Source of the DNA: Microcystis aeruginosa NIES-843
GTDB taxonomy: Bacteria; Cyanobacteriota; Cyanobacteriia; Cyanobacteriales; Microcystaceae
Direction of reading: 5' to 3'
Length of the DNA: 32,000 bases
Assembly (NCBI RefSeq): GCF_000010625.1
Contig: NC_010296.1
Coordinates: forward strand, 1,350,001 to 1,382,000
The position numbers and the translations under genes are program-made. This document shows, piece after piece, positions 1 to 7,467 of this stretch. The notes beneath the pieces were generated by a model that was given only the letters and a program-made list of their open reading frames with translations, did no database searches and was not told the DNA's origin. Position 1 is the first letter of the stretch; each line of letters opens with the position of its first letter.

Positions 1-474
1 GCCAGATTTTGGGAGTTAGTCACGGCCAAACAAGGAGAATTTAAGCTGCGGGAATTTGAATCGATCTGTAGTTTAATTTATGCCGATGAACGCTTAGAAA
101 ATACCGATATGAATCGACCTTTTATGATTGTCAATTTTGATAATCAAGGTAATTTTTCCACCTTTGATCCGGAATTACTATCGATTAAAACCCAACCCTA
201 CGGCGATTTTATCTTTGGTAATGTTTTGACCGATTCCCTGGAATCTATCTGTGAAACTGAGAAATTTCAAAAAATTTACGCTGATATGTGCGGTGGAGTC
301 GATTTATGTCGGCAAAAATGCGATTATTTTGGGGTTTGCGGGGGGGGGGCCGGTAGTAACAAATATTGGGAAAATGGCACTTTCAACTCCACAGATACTA
401 AAGCCTGTTTATACCGGATTAAGTGTATCACCGATATAGTTCTTGATCGCCTAGAAAATTTATTAGAAGTTTAA
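1..474 (+). CDS. radical SAM/SPASM-domain (anSME / RiPP-maturase-like) protein, C-terminal fragment; the 5' end lies outside the window
   Basis: Frame 1 is open from base 1 into the 109..474 ORF. The C-terminus is Cys-rich (CETEKF..MCGGVDLCRQKCDYFGVCGGG..TKAC), matching the auxiliary Fe-S cluster pattern of SPASM/twitch domains. Confidence 0.55.
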   Translation, partial: ARFWELVTAKQGEFKLREFESICSLIYADERLENTDMNRPFMIVNFDNQGNFSTFDPELLSIKTQPYGDFIFGNVLTDSLESICETEKFQKIYADMCGGVDLCRQKCDYFGVCGGGAGSNKYWENGTFNSTDTKACLYRIKCITDIVLDRLENLLEV

Positions 475-490
475 AGATTTTTTTAGCTAT

Positions 491-537
491 CAGTAATCAG
501 TAATCAGTAATCAGTTATCAGTTATCAGTTATCAGTT
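491..537. repeat. heptanucleotide tandem array, (CAGTAAT)3(CAGTTAT)3 plus a partial unit, followed by an inverted copy (ctgattactg)
   Basis: Direct reading: cagtaatcagtaatcagtaatcagttatcagttatcagttatcagtt. It starts 17 bp after the SPASM gene stop. STRR-like. Confidence 0.9.
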
Positions 538-584
538 CACTGATTACTGTTTACTAATAACTTATGAAACAAACCTGATCTAAA

Positions 585-808
585 TAGGGTCTGCTGAATA
601 AATCTAAAAACCTTGTTGGATAAGAATTTTAGACTTTTTTCCCATCAAAAAGTGCCAGACATTGGGGTGATCGGGGGGGAAATTTAGGCACTTTTTCCCT
701 GAAAATTAGGTAATTGACCCCCTGAAAATGGGTAAAACCCTACACCCCACACCCCACACCCCACACCCCACACCCTGCCCCCACGAAAAACTCTTTCAGC
801 AAACCCTA
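585..808. mobile_element. MITE copy 1 (220 bp plus TA/TA flanks)
   Basis: Terminal inverted repeats GGGTCTGCTGAA...TTCAGCAAACCC. An internal 10-bp stem (aaaaagtgcc/ggcacttttt). A (ACACCCC)n core. It has no ORF and is flanked by TA on both sides. A near-identical copy lies at 7191..7405 and a right-end fragment at 18293..18362. Confidence 0.8.
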
Positions 809-872
809 AATACCATTTTTCCAAAGTAACGACAGAGATGGTCATGCCTGCTACGAATAAAGAAAAATGGTA

Positions 873-1583
873 TTATTCTTCTTCTAAACTTAATCCTAAC
901 GCCTGTAAGCGTTCCGCTAGTCGATCCGCACGTTTCTTTTCTTTATCGGCACGTTTCTTTTCTTTATCGGCACGTTTCTTTTCTTTATCGGCACGTTTCT
1001 TTTCTTGACGCATTTGAGACTCTAACTCAACAGTTGTTAAAAATTTCTCTCCATCAGGACGATACAATTCTAAACTAGATTTATTCCAGATAAAACGCAC
1101 ACCTAAACGGGGACTTATCCAGTCATTGATGGGGATAATTTCTCTTAAAGTTTTTCCCTGTCTTTGCCATCCTTGTAAACGACAGCGCATCGGGTTATAT
1201 AAATAGTATTCTTCTACACTATATGTGTCATAAAACTCTAATTTTCGACTCATCTCTGCTTTTGTATTCTTCGGTGATAGAATTTCAAAAACCACTTGAG
1301 GAGCGATATTTTCTTCCTGCCATTGACGATAGGAACCCCTTCGTCCTTTGGGACGGCCAAAAGCTACAATCACATCGGGAGCAACCGGTGAAACCAAAGT
1401 AGAACGCAGAGGATACCAGAGTAAATCTCCGGCAATAAACACCTTAGGGTCATCGGCAAAGATAATCTCTAAATTCTCCTTAATTTTGACAATCCACTCA
1501 TATTGTTCGGTATTATCTGCCATCGGTTGACCATCGCTATCGGGGAAAAGAAGATCGTCGTCAATATCAAGATAACTAACCAT
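873..1583 (-). CDS. Uma2-family (DUF820) putative endonuclease with a C-terminal Lys/Arg-rich repeat tail
   Basis: 236-aa ORF. It carries the PD-(D/E)xK-like Uma2 core (PDVIVAF...VVFEILSPKNTKAEMSRKLEFY) and a tail with KEKKRAD x4. Confidence 0.8.
   Translation of the reverse strand: MVSYLDIDDDLLFPDSDGQPMADNTEQYEWIVKIKENLEIIFADDPKVFIAGDLLWYPLRSTLVSPVAPDVIVAFGRPKGRRGSYRQWQEENIAPQVVFEILSPKNTKAEMSRKLEFYDTYSVEEYYLYNPMRCRLQGWQRQGKTLREIIPINDWISPRLGVRFIWNKSSLELYRPDGEKFLTTVELESQMRQEKKRADKEKKRADKEKKRADKEKKRADRLAERLQALGLSLEEE
928..1010 (-). repeat. in-frame 21-bp tandem repeat (about 3.8 units) inside the Uma2 gene
   Basis: gcacgtttcttttctttatcg repeats at 928, 949 and 970, with a diverging fourth unit at 991. 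It encodes (ADKEKKR)n. Confidence 0.9.
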
Positions 1584-1629
1584 TGTCTTTTAATTTTAAT
1601 AGATGGTTGTTTTCTGATTATAGCAAGAT

Positions 1630-1689
1630 AATTATGAATTATGAATTATCAATTATCAATTATTAATTATTAATTATGAATTATGAATT
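1630..1689. repeat. heptanucleotide tandem array (AATTATG/AATTATC/AATTATT), 8 units plus a partial
   Basis: Direct reading, in the divergent Uma2/ccmR intergenic region. Confidence 0.9.
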
Positions 1690-1767
1690 GGGGAGATGGG
1701 GTAATGGGGGAGTGGGGGAGTGGGGGAGATGGGGTAATGGGGGAGTGGGGAGGAGGGGAGAAGGGAG
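1690..1767. repeat. G-rich tandem array; a unit of roughly 33 bp (ggggagatggggtaatgggggagtgggggagtg) is duplicated and then decays
   Basis: Direct reading. There are at least 8 runs of G4-5 on the + strand, about 150 bp upstream of ccmR. Confidence 0.85.
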
Positions 1768-1842
1768 AAAAAAGCTGATGGCTGACAAAAGGTCTTAAGC
1801 GGCGGTTATATCTATTAAAGTCTATATTTATCAAAAAGTTAA

Positions 1843-1871
1843 TTGACTAGAATCTATAAAAGCGTTAGGAT
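1843..1871 (+). promoter_or_regulatory. candidate sigma70-type promoter for ccmR
   Basis: TTGACT (1843-1848), 17-nt spacer, TAGGAT (1866-1871), about 40 nt upstream of the TTG start. Pattern match only. Confidence 0.3.
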
Positions 1872-1912
1872 TGATGGTGACAAATAGTTGTTATTGAGAA
1901 GGGGATAAGAAC

Positions 1913-2857
1913 TTGATACAGGCAACCCTGCACCAGTTAAGGGTTTTCGAGGCTACCGCTCGACACAGTAGCTTTACCAAGGCGGCCGAGGAGTTATTTA
2001 TCACTCAACCTACCGTCTCAACCCAAGTCAAACAACTCACAAAAGCCGTGGGTTTACCGCTATTCGAGCAAATTGGCAAACGTTTATTTTTAACCGAAGC
2101 GGGTCAGGAATTACTGTTCACCTGTCAAGAGATTTTTAATAAATTGGACAACTTTCAGATGAAAGTGGCCGATATTAAGGGAACTAGACAGGGAAAACTG
2201 ACTTTAGGCGTAATTACTACCGCTAAATACTTTGTGCCGCGATTACTGGGGGCATTTTGTCAACAGTATCCCGGTATCGACATCGCTCTACAGGTGACTA
2301 ATCACCAGAAACTGCAAGAGCGAATGTTAAATAACGAGGATGACCTCTATATTCTCAGTCAACCGCCGGAAGAAGTGGAACTGTGTTCTCAGTCTTTCCT
2401 CGAAAATCCCCTAGTGGTGGTGGCGCGACGAGATCATCCTTTGGTGGGCCAGAAAAATCTGCCCCTTGAGTGCCTCAACCAGCAACCTTTTATTATGCGC
2501 GAATCGGGATCTGGAACCCGCCAAGCGGTACAAAAATTATTTAATCTCCACGATATTAAAGTTAAGGTGCGCTTGGAATTAGGCAGTAACGAAGCCATTA
2601 AACAGGCTATTTCTGGTGGTTTGGGACTATCGGTACTATCTAAGCATACTCTCATCTCGGAAGGGGAAAACGGCGAATTAGCCATCCTCGACGTGGAACA
2701 TTTTCCGATTCAGCGCAATTGGTACGTTTGTTATCTGGCCGGAAAACAACTTTCCGTGATTGCCGATGCTTTTTTAAAATACCTGCTGGAAGCTAGTCAA
2801 ACTATCCCGATTAATGCCTCGTTAAAAAATGGTGACAGCTTATTAGTGAGCCATTAA
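1913..2857 (+). CDS. ccmR: LysR-type transcriptional regulator of the CbbR/CmpR/NdhR clade (CcmR/NdhR, regulator of CO2 uptake)
   Basis: N-terminus (M)IQATLHQLRVFEATARHSSFTKAAEELFITQPTVSTQVKQL is the typical CmpR/NdhR wHTH. TTG start with an aagggga RBS. It sits 46 bp upstream of ndhF3 on the same strand. Confidence 0.8.
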   Translation: MIQATLHQLRVFEATARHSSFTKAAEELFITQPTVSTQVKQLTKAVGLPLFEQIGKRLFLTEAGQELLFTCQEIFNKLDNFQMKVADIKGTRQGKLTLGVITTAKYFVPRLLGAFCQQYPGIDIALQVTNHQKLQERMLNNEDDLYILSQPPEEVELCSQSFLENPLVVVARRDHPLVGQKNLPLECLNQQPFIMRESGSGTRQAVQKLFNLHDIKVKVRLELGSNEAIKQAISGGLGLSVLSKHTLISEGENGELAILDVEHFPIQRNWYVCYLAGKQLSVIADAFLKYLLEASQTIPINASLKNGDSLLVSH

Positions 2858-2903
2858 ACCTTAAACTTTAATTCAGGATCATTTTTCTTCTTGAGGTGTT
2901 TAT

Positions 2904-4757
2904 ATGTTCGAGTCCTTCAGCCAGACTATCTGGTTGGTACCTCTTTACGCCTTTGCGGGCGCACTTCTCGCTCTACCCTGGTCTCCCGGTATTATCCGGC
3001 AAACCGGCCCCCGACCGGCCGGTTATCTGAACTTGATCATGACCTGCTGGGCTTTTTTGCATAGCCTTTTTGCTTTAATCGCCGTTTGGGGTCGTCCGCC
3101 CCAATCTATAGCATTTAATTGGCTAAATGCCGCAGATTTAAGCATATCTTTAGATGTGCAGATTTCGGCCGTTAATATCGGGGCTTTACTGCTAATTACC
3201 GGCTTAAACCTCGCCGCCCAGGTATATGCGATCGCCTATCTAGAAATGGATTGGGGTTGGGCAAGGTTTTATTCTCTCGTCGCCCTCTTTGAAGGGGGTA
3301 TGTGCGCCCTAGTTATCTGTAATTCGCTATTTTTCAGCTATTGTGTGCTAGAAGTTCTGACTCTCGGCACTTATCTGCTGATTGGTTTCTGGTTCAATCA
3401 ATCTCTGGTAGTGACGGGGGCGCGGGACGCTTTTCTGACTAAACGGATTGGCGATTTAATCCTGTTGATGGGAGTGGTGGCCCTTTTACCCCTGGCGGGA
3501 ACCTGGAACTTTGACCAATTAGCACAATGGGCGGCTACAGCCAATTTAAACCCCAATGTGGCTAATTTACTCTGTTTAGCCCTGATTGCAGGTCCAATGG
3601 GCAAATGCGCTCAATTTCCCCTGCATTTATGGCTAGATGAGGCCATGGAAGGACCGATGCCAGCGACAATTCTGCGGAATACGGTCGTCGTTTCCACCGG
3701 CGCTTGGTTATTGGTGAAATTAGAGCCAGTGCTGCAATTATCGCCCTTAACCTTGCAAGTAATGATCATTGTTGGCTCTGTTACTGCCATCGGTGCGGGG
3801 TTAATTGCGATCGCCCAGATCGATGTCAAGCGCTCCCTCTCCTATTCCGTCAGCGCCTACATGGGACTGATTTTTATCGCTGTGGCCACCGGACAAACGG
3901 AAACCGCTTTAGTGTTACTCTTTACTTATGCGATCGCTATGTCCCTGTTAGTCATGGTGGTGGGTAACATCATTTGGAATAATATCAGCCAAGATTTAAG
4001 CCAATACGGCGGTTTATGGTCCCGTCGTCCCGTTTCTGGTATTTGTTATCTCGTCGGTGCCGCTAGTTTGGTCGCACTGCCTCCCTTTGGTGGTTTTTGG
4101 GCATTAGCGCGCATGGGCGATCGCCTCGCAGAAATCAGTGGTTTACTGTTATTAGTGCTATTGTTGGTCAATGCTTTAACTGCTTTTAGTGTCACTAGAG
4201 AATTTTGCGTTTTCTTTGGCGGTAAAATCAAACCAATGACCCTGCGCTCTCCGGAAGCTCTTTGGCCCTTAGTTATCCCCATGACTGTGACCATGGGTTT
4301 CGCCCTTCATCTGCCGATTTTATTAGCGCAATGGCATTTATTACCAAGTAACTTAAATCTGGGAGTGGCTTTTCTCTTGGTGCTTTCCACTGCTGGGGGC
4401 GTAATTCCGGCAGCCTATATTTATCTGAATGAAAATATCTCCAAACCGATCGTTTTTCAACCGAAAGCCCTTCAAGATTTCTTTGCCAACGACCTTTATA
4501 CGGCCCAATTGTATAAAGTCACCATCGTTTTTGTCGTCGGATTAATCTCGCAAATTATTAACTGGATCGATACCTTTCTGGTGGATGGCATCGTTAACCT
4601 GGTGGGATTAGCCACGGTTTTTGGTGGTCAGAGTTTGAAATATAACGTCTCGGGCCAAACCCAATTTTACTTTCTGTCGATTATTTTGGGGGTGGCTTTG
4701 ATTGGTATTATCATCTGCTGGCCCCTACTAGCACAAATTTCTCTAGTTTTCAGTTAA
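2904..4757 (+). CDS. ndhF3: NAD(P)H-quinone oxidoreductase subunit F3 (NDH-1MS CO2-uptake complex)
   Basis: 617-aa polytopic NuoL/NdhF-like protein (GKCAQFPLHLWLDEAMEGPMPAT...). It lies in an operon with ndhD3 and cupA. Confidence 0.9.
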   Translation: MFESFSQTIWLVPLYAFAGALLALPWSPGIIRQTGPRPAGYLNLIMTCWAFLHSLFALIAVWGRPPQSIAFNWLNAADLSISLDVQISAVNIGALLLITGLNLAAQVYAIAYLEMDWGWARFYSLVALFEGGMCALVICNSLFFSYCVLEVLTLGTYLLIGFWFNQSLVVTGARDAFLTKRIGDLILLMGVVALLPLAGTWNFDQLAQWAATANLNPNVANLLCLALIAGPMGKCAQFPLHLWLDEAMEGPMPATILRNTVVVSTGAWLLVKLEPVLQLSPLTLQVMIIVGSVTAIGAGLIAIAQIDVKRSLSYSVSAYMGLIFIAVATGQTETALVLLFTYAIAMSLLVMVVGNIIWNNISQDLSQYGGLWSRRPVSGICYLVGAASLVALPPFGGFWALARMGDRLAEISGLLLLVLLLVNALTAFSVTREFCVFFGGKIKPMTLRSPEALWPLVIPMTVTMGFALHLPILLAQWHLLPSNLNLGVAFLLVLSTAGGVIPAAYIYLNENISKPIVFQPKALQDFFANDLYTAQLYKVTIVFVVGLISQIINWIDTFLVDGIVNLVGLATVFGGQSLKYNVSGQTQFYFLSIILGVALIGIIICWPLLAQISLVFS

Positions 4758-4838
4758 AGATTTGATAACTTAGGCTTTTCTTTAGCATCCCTAGCCCTGA
4801 CAATAGGATTTGTCCTGATTATATGGAAACAATTACCT

Positions 4839-5564
4839 ATGTTCAATACCTCTCGTCGCCAATTAATCCGTTATGGTGGTGGTTTTTTGGGAACCGGTCT
4901 GGCCGCTACTGTTTTGGGTTCTCAGTTGTCCCAAACTAACGCCCAAACTGCTGTTAATTCTGAGCCATGGCTGACCGCTCAAAATCAAGGATTGAACCCA
5001 GACCAGGCCTTAACTATGCTCATGGAAGGCAATCAACGTTTCTGGGAACGAAGAAAAAAAAGTCCTAACCGCGATCAAGCTCGACTCACAGAAGTGGCCG
5101 AAAGTCAAGCCCCTTTTGCGGCAATTTTGGGCTGTGCCGATTCTCGCGTGCCGGCAGAAATCGTTTTTGATCAAGGATTAGGAGATCTATTTGTTTGTCG
5201 GGTAGCGGGAAATTTAGCCACTTCCGAAGAAATTGGTAGCCTCGAATTCGGCACGTTGGTGTTAGGAGCTAAGGTAATTGTTGTCCTCGGCCATTCTCGT
5301 TGTGGAGCGGTAAAAGCCACCATTGAAGGGGGTCGTTTCCCTGGACAAATCGGTCGTTTAATCGATGGCCTACAGGTGGGAGTTGATCGGGCCGAAAGAC
5401 AACCCGGTTCCAACAAACTTGAGCGAGCAATTAAATCCAATGTTATCTATCAAGTAGAGAAATTGGGCAAATCCCCGGTCATGGGTGATTTAGTAGATAA
5501 AAAACAATTAAAAATTGTTGGAGCCTACTACGATCTCGATACCGGCAAAGTGAGTTTAATTTAG
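4839..5564 (+). CDS. beta-class carbonic anhydrase with an N-terminal twin-arginine (Tat) signal; EcaB-like
   Basis: SRRQLIRYGGGFLGTGLAATVLG...TNAQT signal. Zinc-site motifs GCADSRVP and GHSRCGA. 241 aa. Confidence 0.85.
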   Translation: MFNTSRRQLIRYGGGFLGTGLAATVLGSQLSQTNAQTAVNSEPWLTAQNQGLNPDQALTMLMEGNQRFWERRKKSPNRDQARLTEVAESQAPFAAILGCADSRVPAEIVFDQGLGDLFVCRVAGNLATSEEIGSLEFGTLVLGAKVIVVLGHSRCGAVKATIEGGRFPGQIGRLIDGLQVGVDRAERQPGSNKLERAIKSNVIYQVEKLGKSPVMGDLVDKKQLKIVGAYYDLDTGKVSLI

Positions 5565-5642
5565 TCAATTCTAGATTAGTCATCGTGTCGGTTGGCTAAT
5601 CCTTTTCTCATCCCAGTCATTATAAATTCGATCGATACCAAT

Positions 5643-7193
5643 ATGCTCAGTACCCTGCTTTGGTTGCCAATAATTGGAGCAATTATCGTCGGTCTTTTCC
5701 CCGATAAATTTGCCCCAGCAAAATTACGTCAAATTACCCTCTTTTTTGTTGCCGCCGTCCTCTTTTGGTCTTTATATCTGCTGACCCAATATAACTTAAC
5801 CAGTAATGGCTTTCAATTTTCTGAATACCGCGAATGGGCAAAACCAATCGGTTTAAGTTATAACCTCGGAGTCGATGGTTTGTCCTTACTGTTAATTATT
5901 TTAAACTGTTTCTTGACAGGAATAGCTATCTATAGTAGCGAAGAAAAAATAGAGCGTCCCCGACTTTATTACATCCTAATCCTCCTGATTAACGCCGGGG
6001 TTTCTGGGGCATTAATGGCCAAAAACCTGCTGCTGTTCATCGTTTTCTATGAACTAGAATTAATCCCCTTTTATCTGATGATTGCTATCTGGGGAGGCGA
6101 AAAACGTGGCTATGCTTCGATTAAATTTCTTCTCTACACTGCTGTCTCCGGGTTATTAGTCCTAGCGGCATTTTTAGGCATAGGTTTCCTCAACGGTGGT
6201 ACTTTTGACTATTCCTCCCTCTCCACCGCCGATTTCTCCCAAAAAACCCAGTTACTACTCTTAACTCTGCTGTTAGTGGGATTTGGCATCAAAATCCCCC
6301 TCGTACCTCTCCATACTTGGCTACCGGATGCCTACACGGAAGCTTCCCCCGCTACAGCCATTTTACTAGGTGGTATCCTCGCTAAACTCGGTACTTATGG
6401 CTTAGTTCGCTTTGGTCTGCAATTATTCCCGGAAACTTGGTCTTTAATCGCCCCCGGACTGGCAATTGTCGGCGTTATTAGCGTTATTTACGGGGCCTTG
6501 AGCGCTATTGCCCAAAAAGACATTAAACGCATGGTAGCCTACAGTTCGATCGGTCACATGGGCTATATACTGGTAGCAGCCGCCGCCGGCACGGGTTTAA
6601 GCGTCCTTGGTGCCGTCGCGCAAATGATTAGCCACGGTCTTATTCTCGCCCTCTTATTCTATCTGGTGGGCATTGTCGAACGCAAAGCCGGAACTAGAGA
6701 TTTAGACGTTTTAAACGGTTTAATGAACCCAATTCGCGGTTTACCCTTGGTTAGCGCCCTCTTAATTCTCGCCGGTATGGCCAGCGCTGGTATCCCTGGA
6801 TTAGTGGGATTTGTGGCGGAATTTATCGTTTTTCAGGGTAGTTTTTCCCGTTTTCCCGTGCAGACGGTTCTCTGTATCATCGCTTCCGGTTTAACGGCGG
6901 TTTACTTTGTTATCCTGCTTAATCGCACCTGTTTTGGCAAATTGGATAATAAACTTGCCTACTATCCCAAAGTCCTGAAATCGGAAACTATCCCCGCTTT
7001 TGTTCTAATGGTATTAATCGTCTTTTTAGGCATTCAACCCAATTATTTAGTCCGTTGGATTGAACCCACCACTAACTCGATGGTTGCCAGCTTATCGGGA
7101 GAAGCAAAACCTAGTTTTGTCCTCAAAAAATCTTCGCAAAAGTCCTCAAAAACCAACTGGTTGAATCGGGGTAAATTTTTGAGTAATAGTTAG
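5643..7193 (+). CDS. ndhD3: NAD(P)H-quinone oxidoreductase subunit D3 (NDH-1MS CO2-uptake complex)
   Basis: NuoM/NdhD-like polytopic protein. The ATG at 5643 (MLSTLLWLPIIGAIIVGLFP) is preferred over the TTG at 5592 in the track. The stop TAG at 7191-7193 overlaps the MITE end. Confidence 0.88.
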   Translation: MLSTLLWLPIIGAIIVGLFPDKFAPAKLRQITLFFVAAVLFWSLYLLTQYNLTSNGFQFSEYREWAKPIGLSYNLGVDGLSLLLIILNCFLTGIAIYSSEEKIERPRLYYILILLINAGVSGALMAKNLLLFIVFYELELIPFYLMIAIWGGEKRGYASIKFLLYTAVSGLLVLAAFLGIGFLNGGTFDYSSLSTADFSQKTQLLLLTLLLVGFGIKIPLVPLHTWLPDAYTEASPATAILLGGILAKLGTYGLVRFGLQLFPETWSLIAPGLAIVGVISVIYGALSAIAQKDIKRMVAYSSIGHMGYILVAAAAGTGLSVLGAVAQMISHGLILALLFYLVGIVERKAGTRDLDVLNGLMNPIRGLPLVSALLILAGMASAGIPGLVGFVAEFIVFQGSFSRFPVQTVLCIIASGLTAVYFVILLNRTCFGKLDNKLAYYPKVLKSETIPAFVLMVLIVFLGIQPNYLVRWIEPTTNSMVASLSGEAKPSFVLKKSSQKSSKTNWLNRGKFLSNS

Positions 7194-7405
7194 GGTTGGC
7201 TGAATAAATCTAAAAACCTTGTTGGATAAAACTTTTAGACTTTTTTGACCTCAAAAAGTGCCAGCCGAGAGTGATCGGGGCGAAAATTCCGGGACTTTTT
7301 TCCTGAAAATTAGGTAATTGACCGTCTGAAAATGGGTAAAACCCTACACCCCACACCCCACACCCCACACCCTGCCCCCACGAAAAACTTTTTCAGCAGA
7401 CCCTA
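7191..7405. mobile_element. MITE copy 2 (211 bp plus TA/TA flanks) between ndhD3 and cupA
   Basis: Same family as 585..808. TIRs GGGTTGGCTGAA...TTCAGCAGACCC, flanked by TA. The left TA plus the first G form the ndhD3 stop codon. Confidence 0.8.
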
Positions 7406-7467
7406 GTTAGTTATCCCTCGCTGTTTCCGAATTATTGTAACCGCTGCTAATTACTTTACCTAAAACT

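Noticed and set aside
1801-1912. LysR (NdhR-type ATAG-N8-CTAT) operator upstream of ccmR, or in the 46-bp ccmR-ndhF3 gap.
   Set aside because: I found only direct CTAT repeats (tCTATtaaagtCTAT) and a TAGA-A-TCTA mini-palindrome. Nothing matches the palindromic half-site spacing I remember, so it is not callable by eye.
3398-4294. Nested ORFs within ndhF3 (3398-3604, 3611-3829, 3704-3967, 4046-4294). Similar nested ORFs occur in other genes (251-439, 1348-1530, 2434-2685, 5171-5440, 8195-8476, 10005-10475, 10014-10283, 27792-27986, 29396-29632, 30224-30409, 31414-31707).
   Set aside because: Each is fully contained in a longer ORF with clear family-level similarity, and none has recognisable motifs or an independent start context.
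5592-5642. TTG start of ndhD3 at 5592 given in the track.
   Set aside because: NdhD proteins start with the hydrophobic MLS..LWLPI.G motif, which is found at the ATG at 5643. The 17 upstream codons add an atypical extension.
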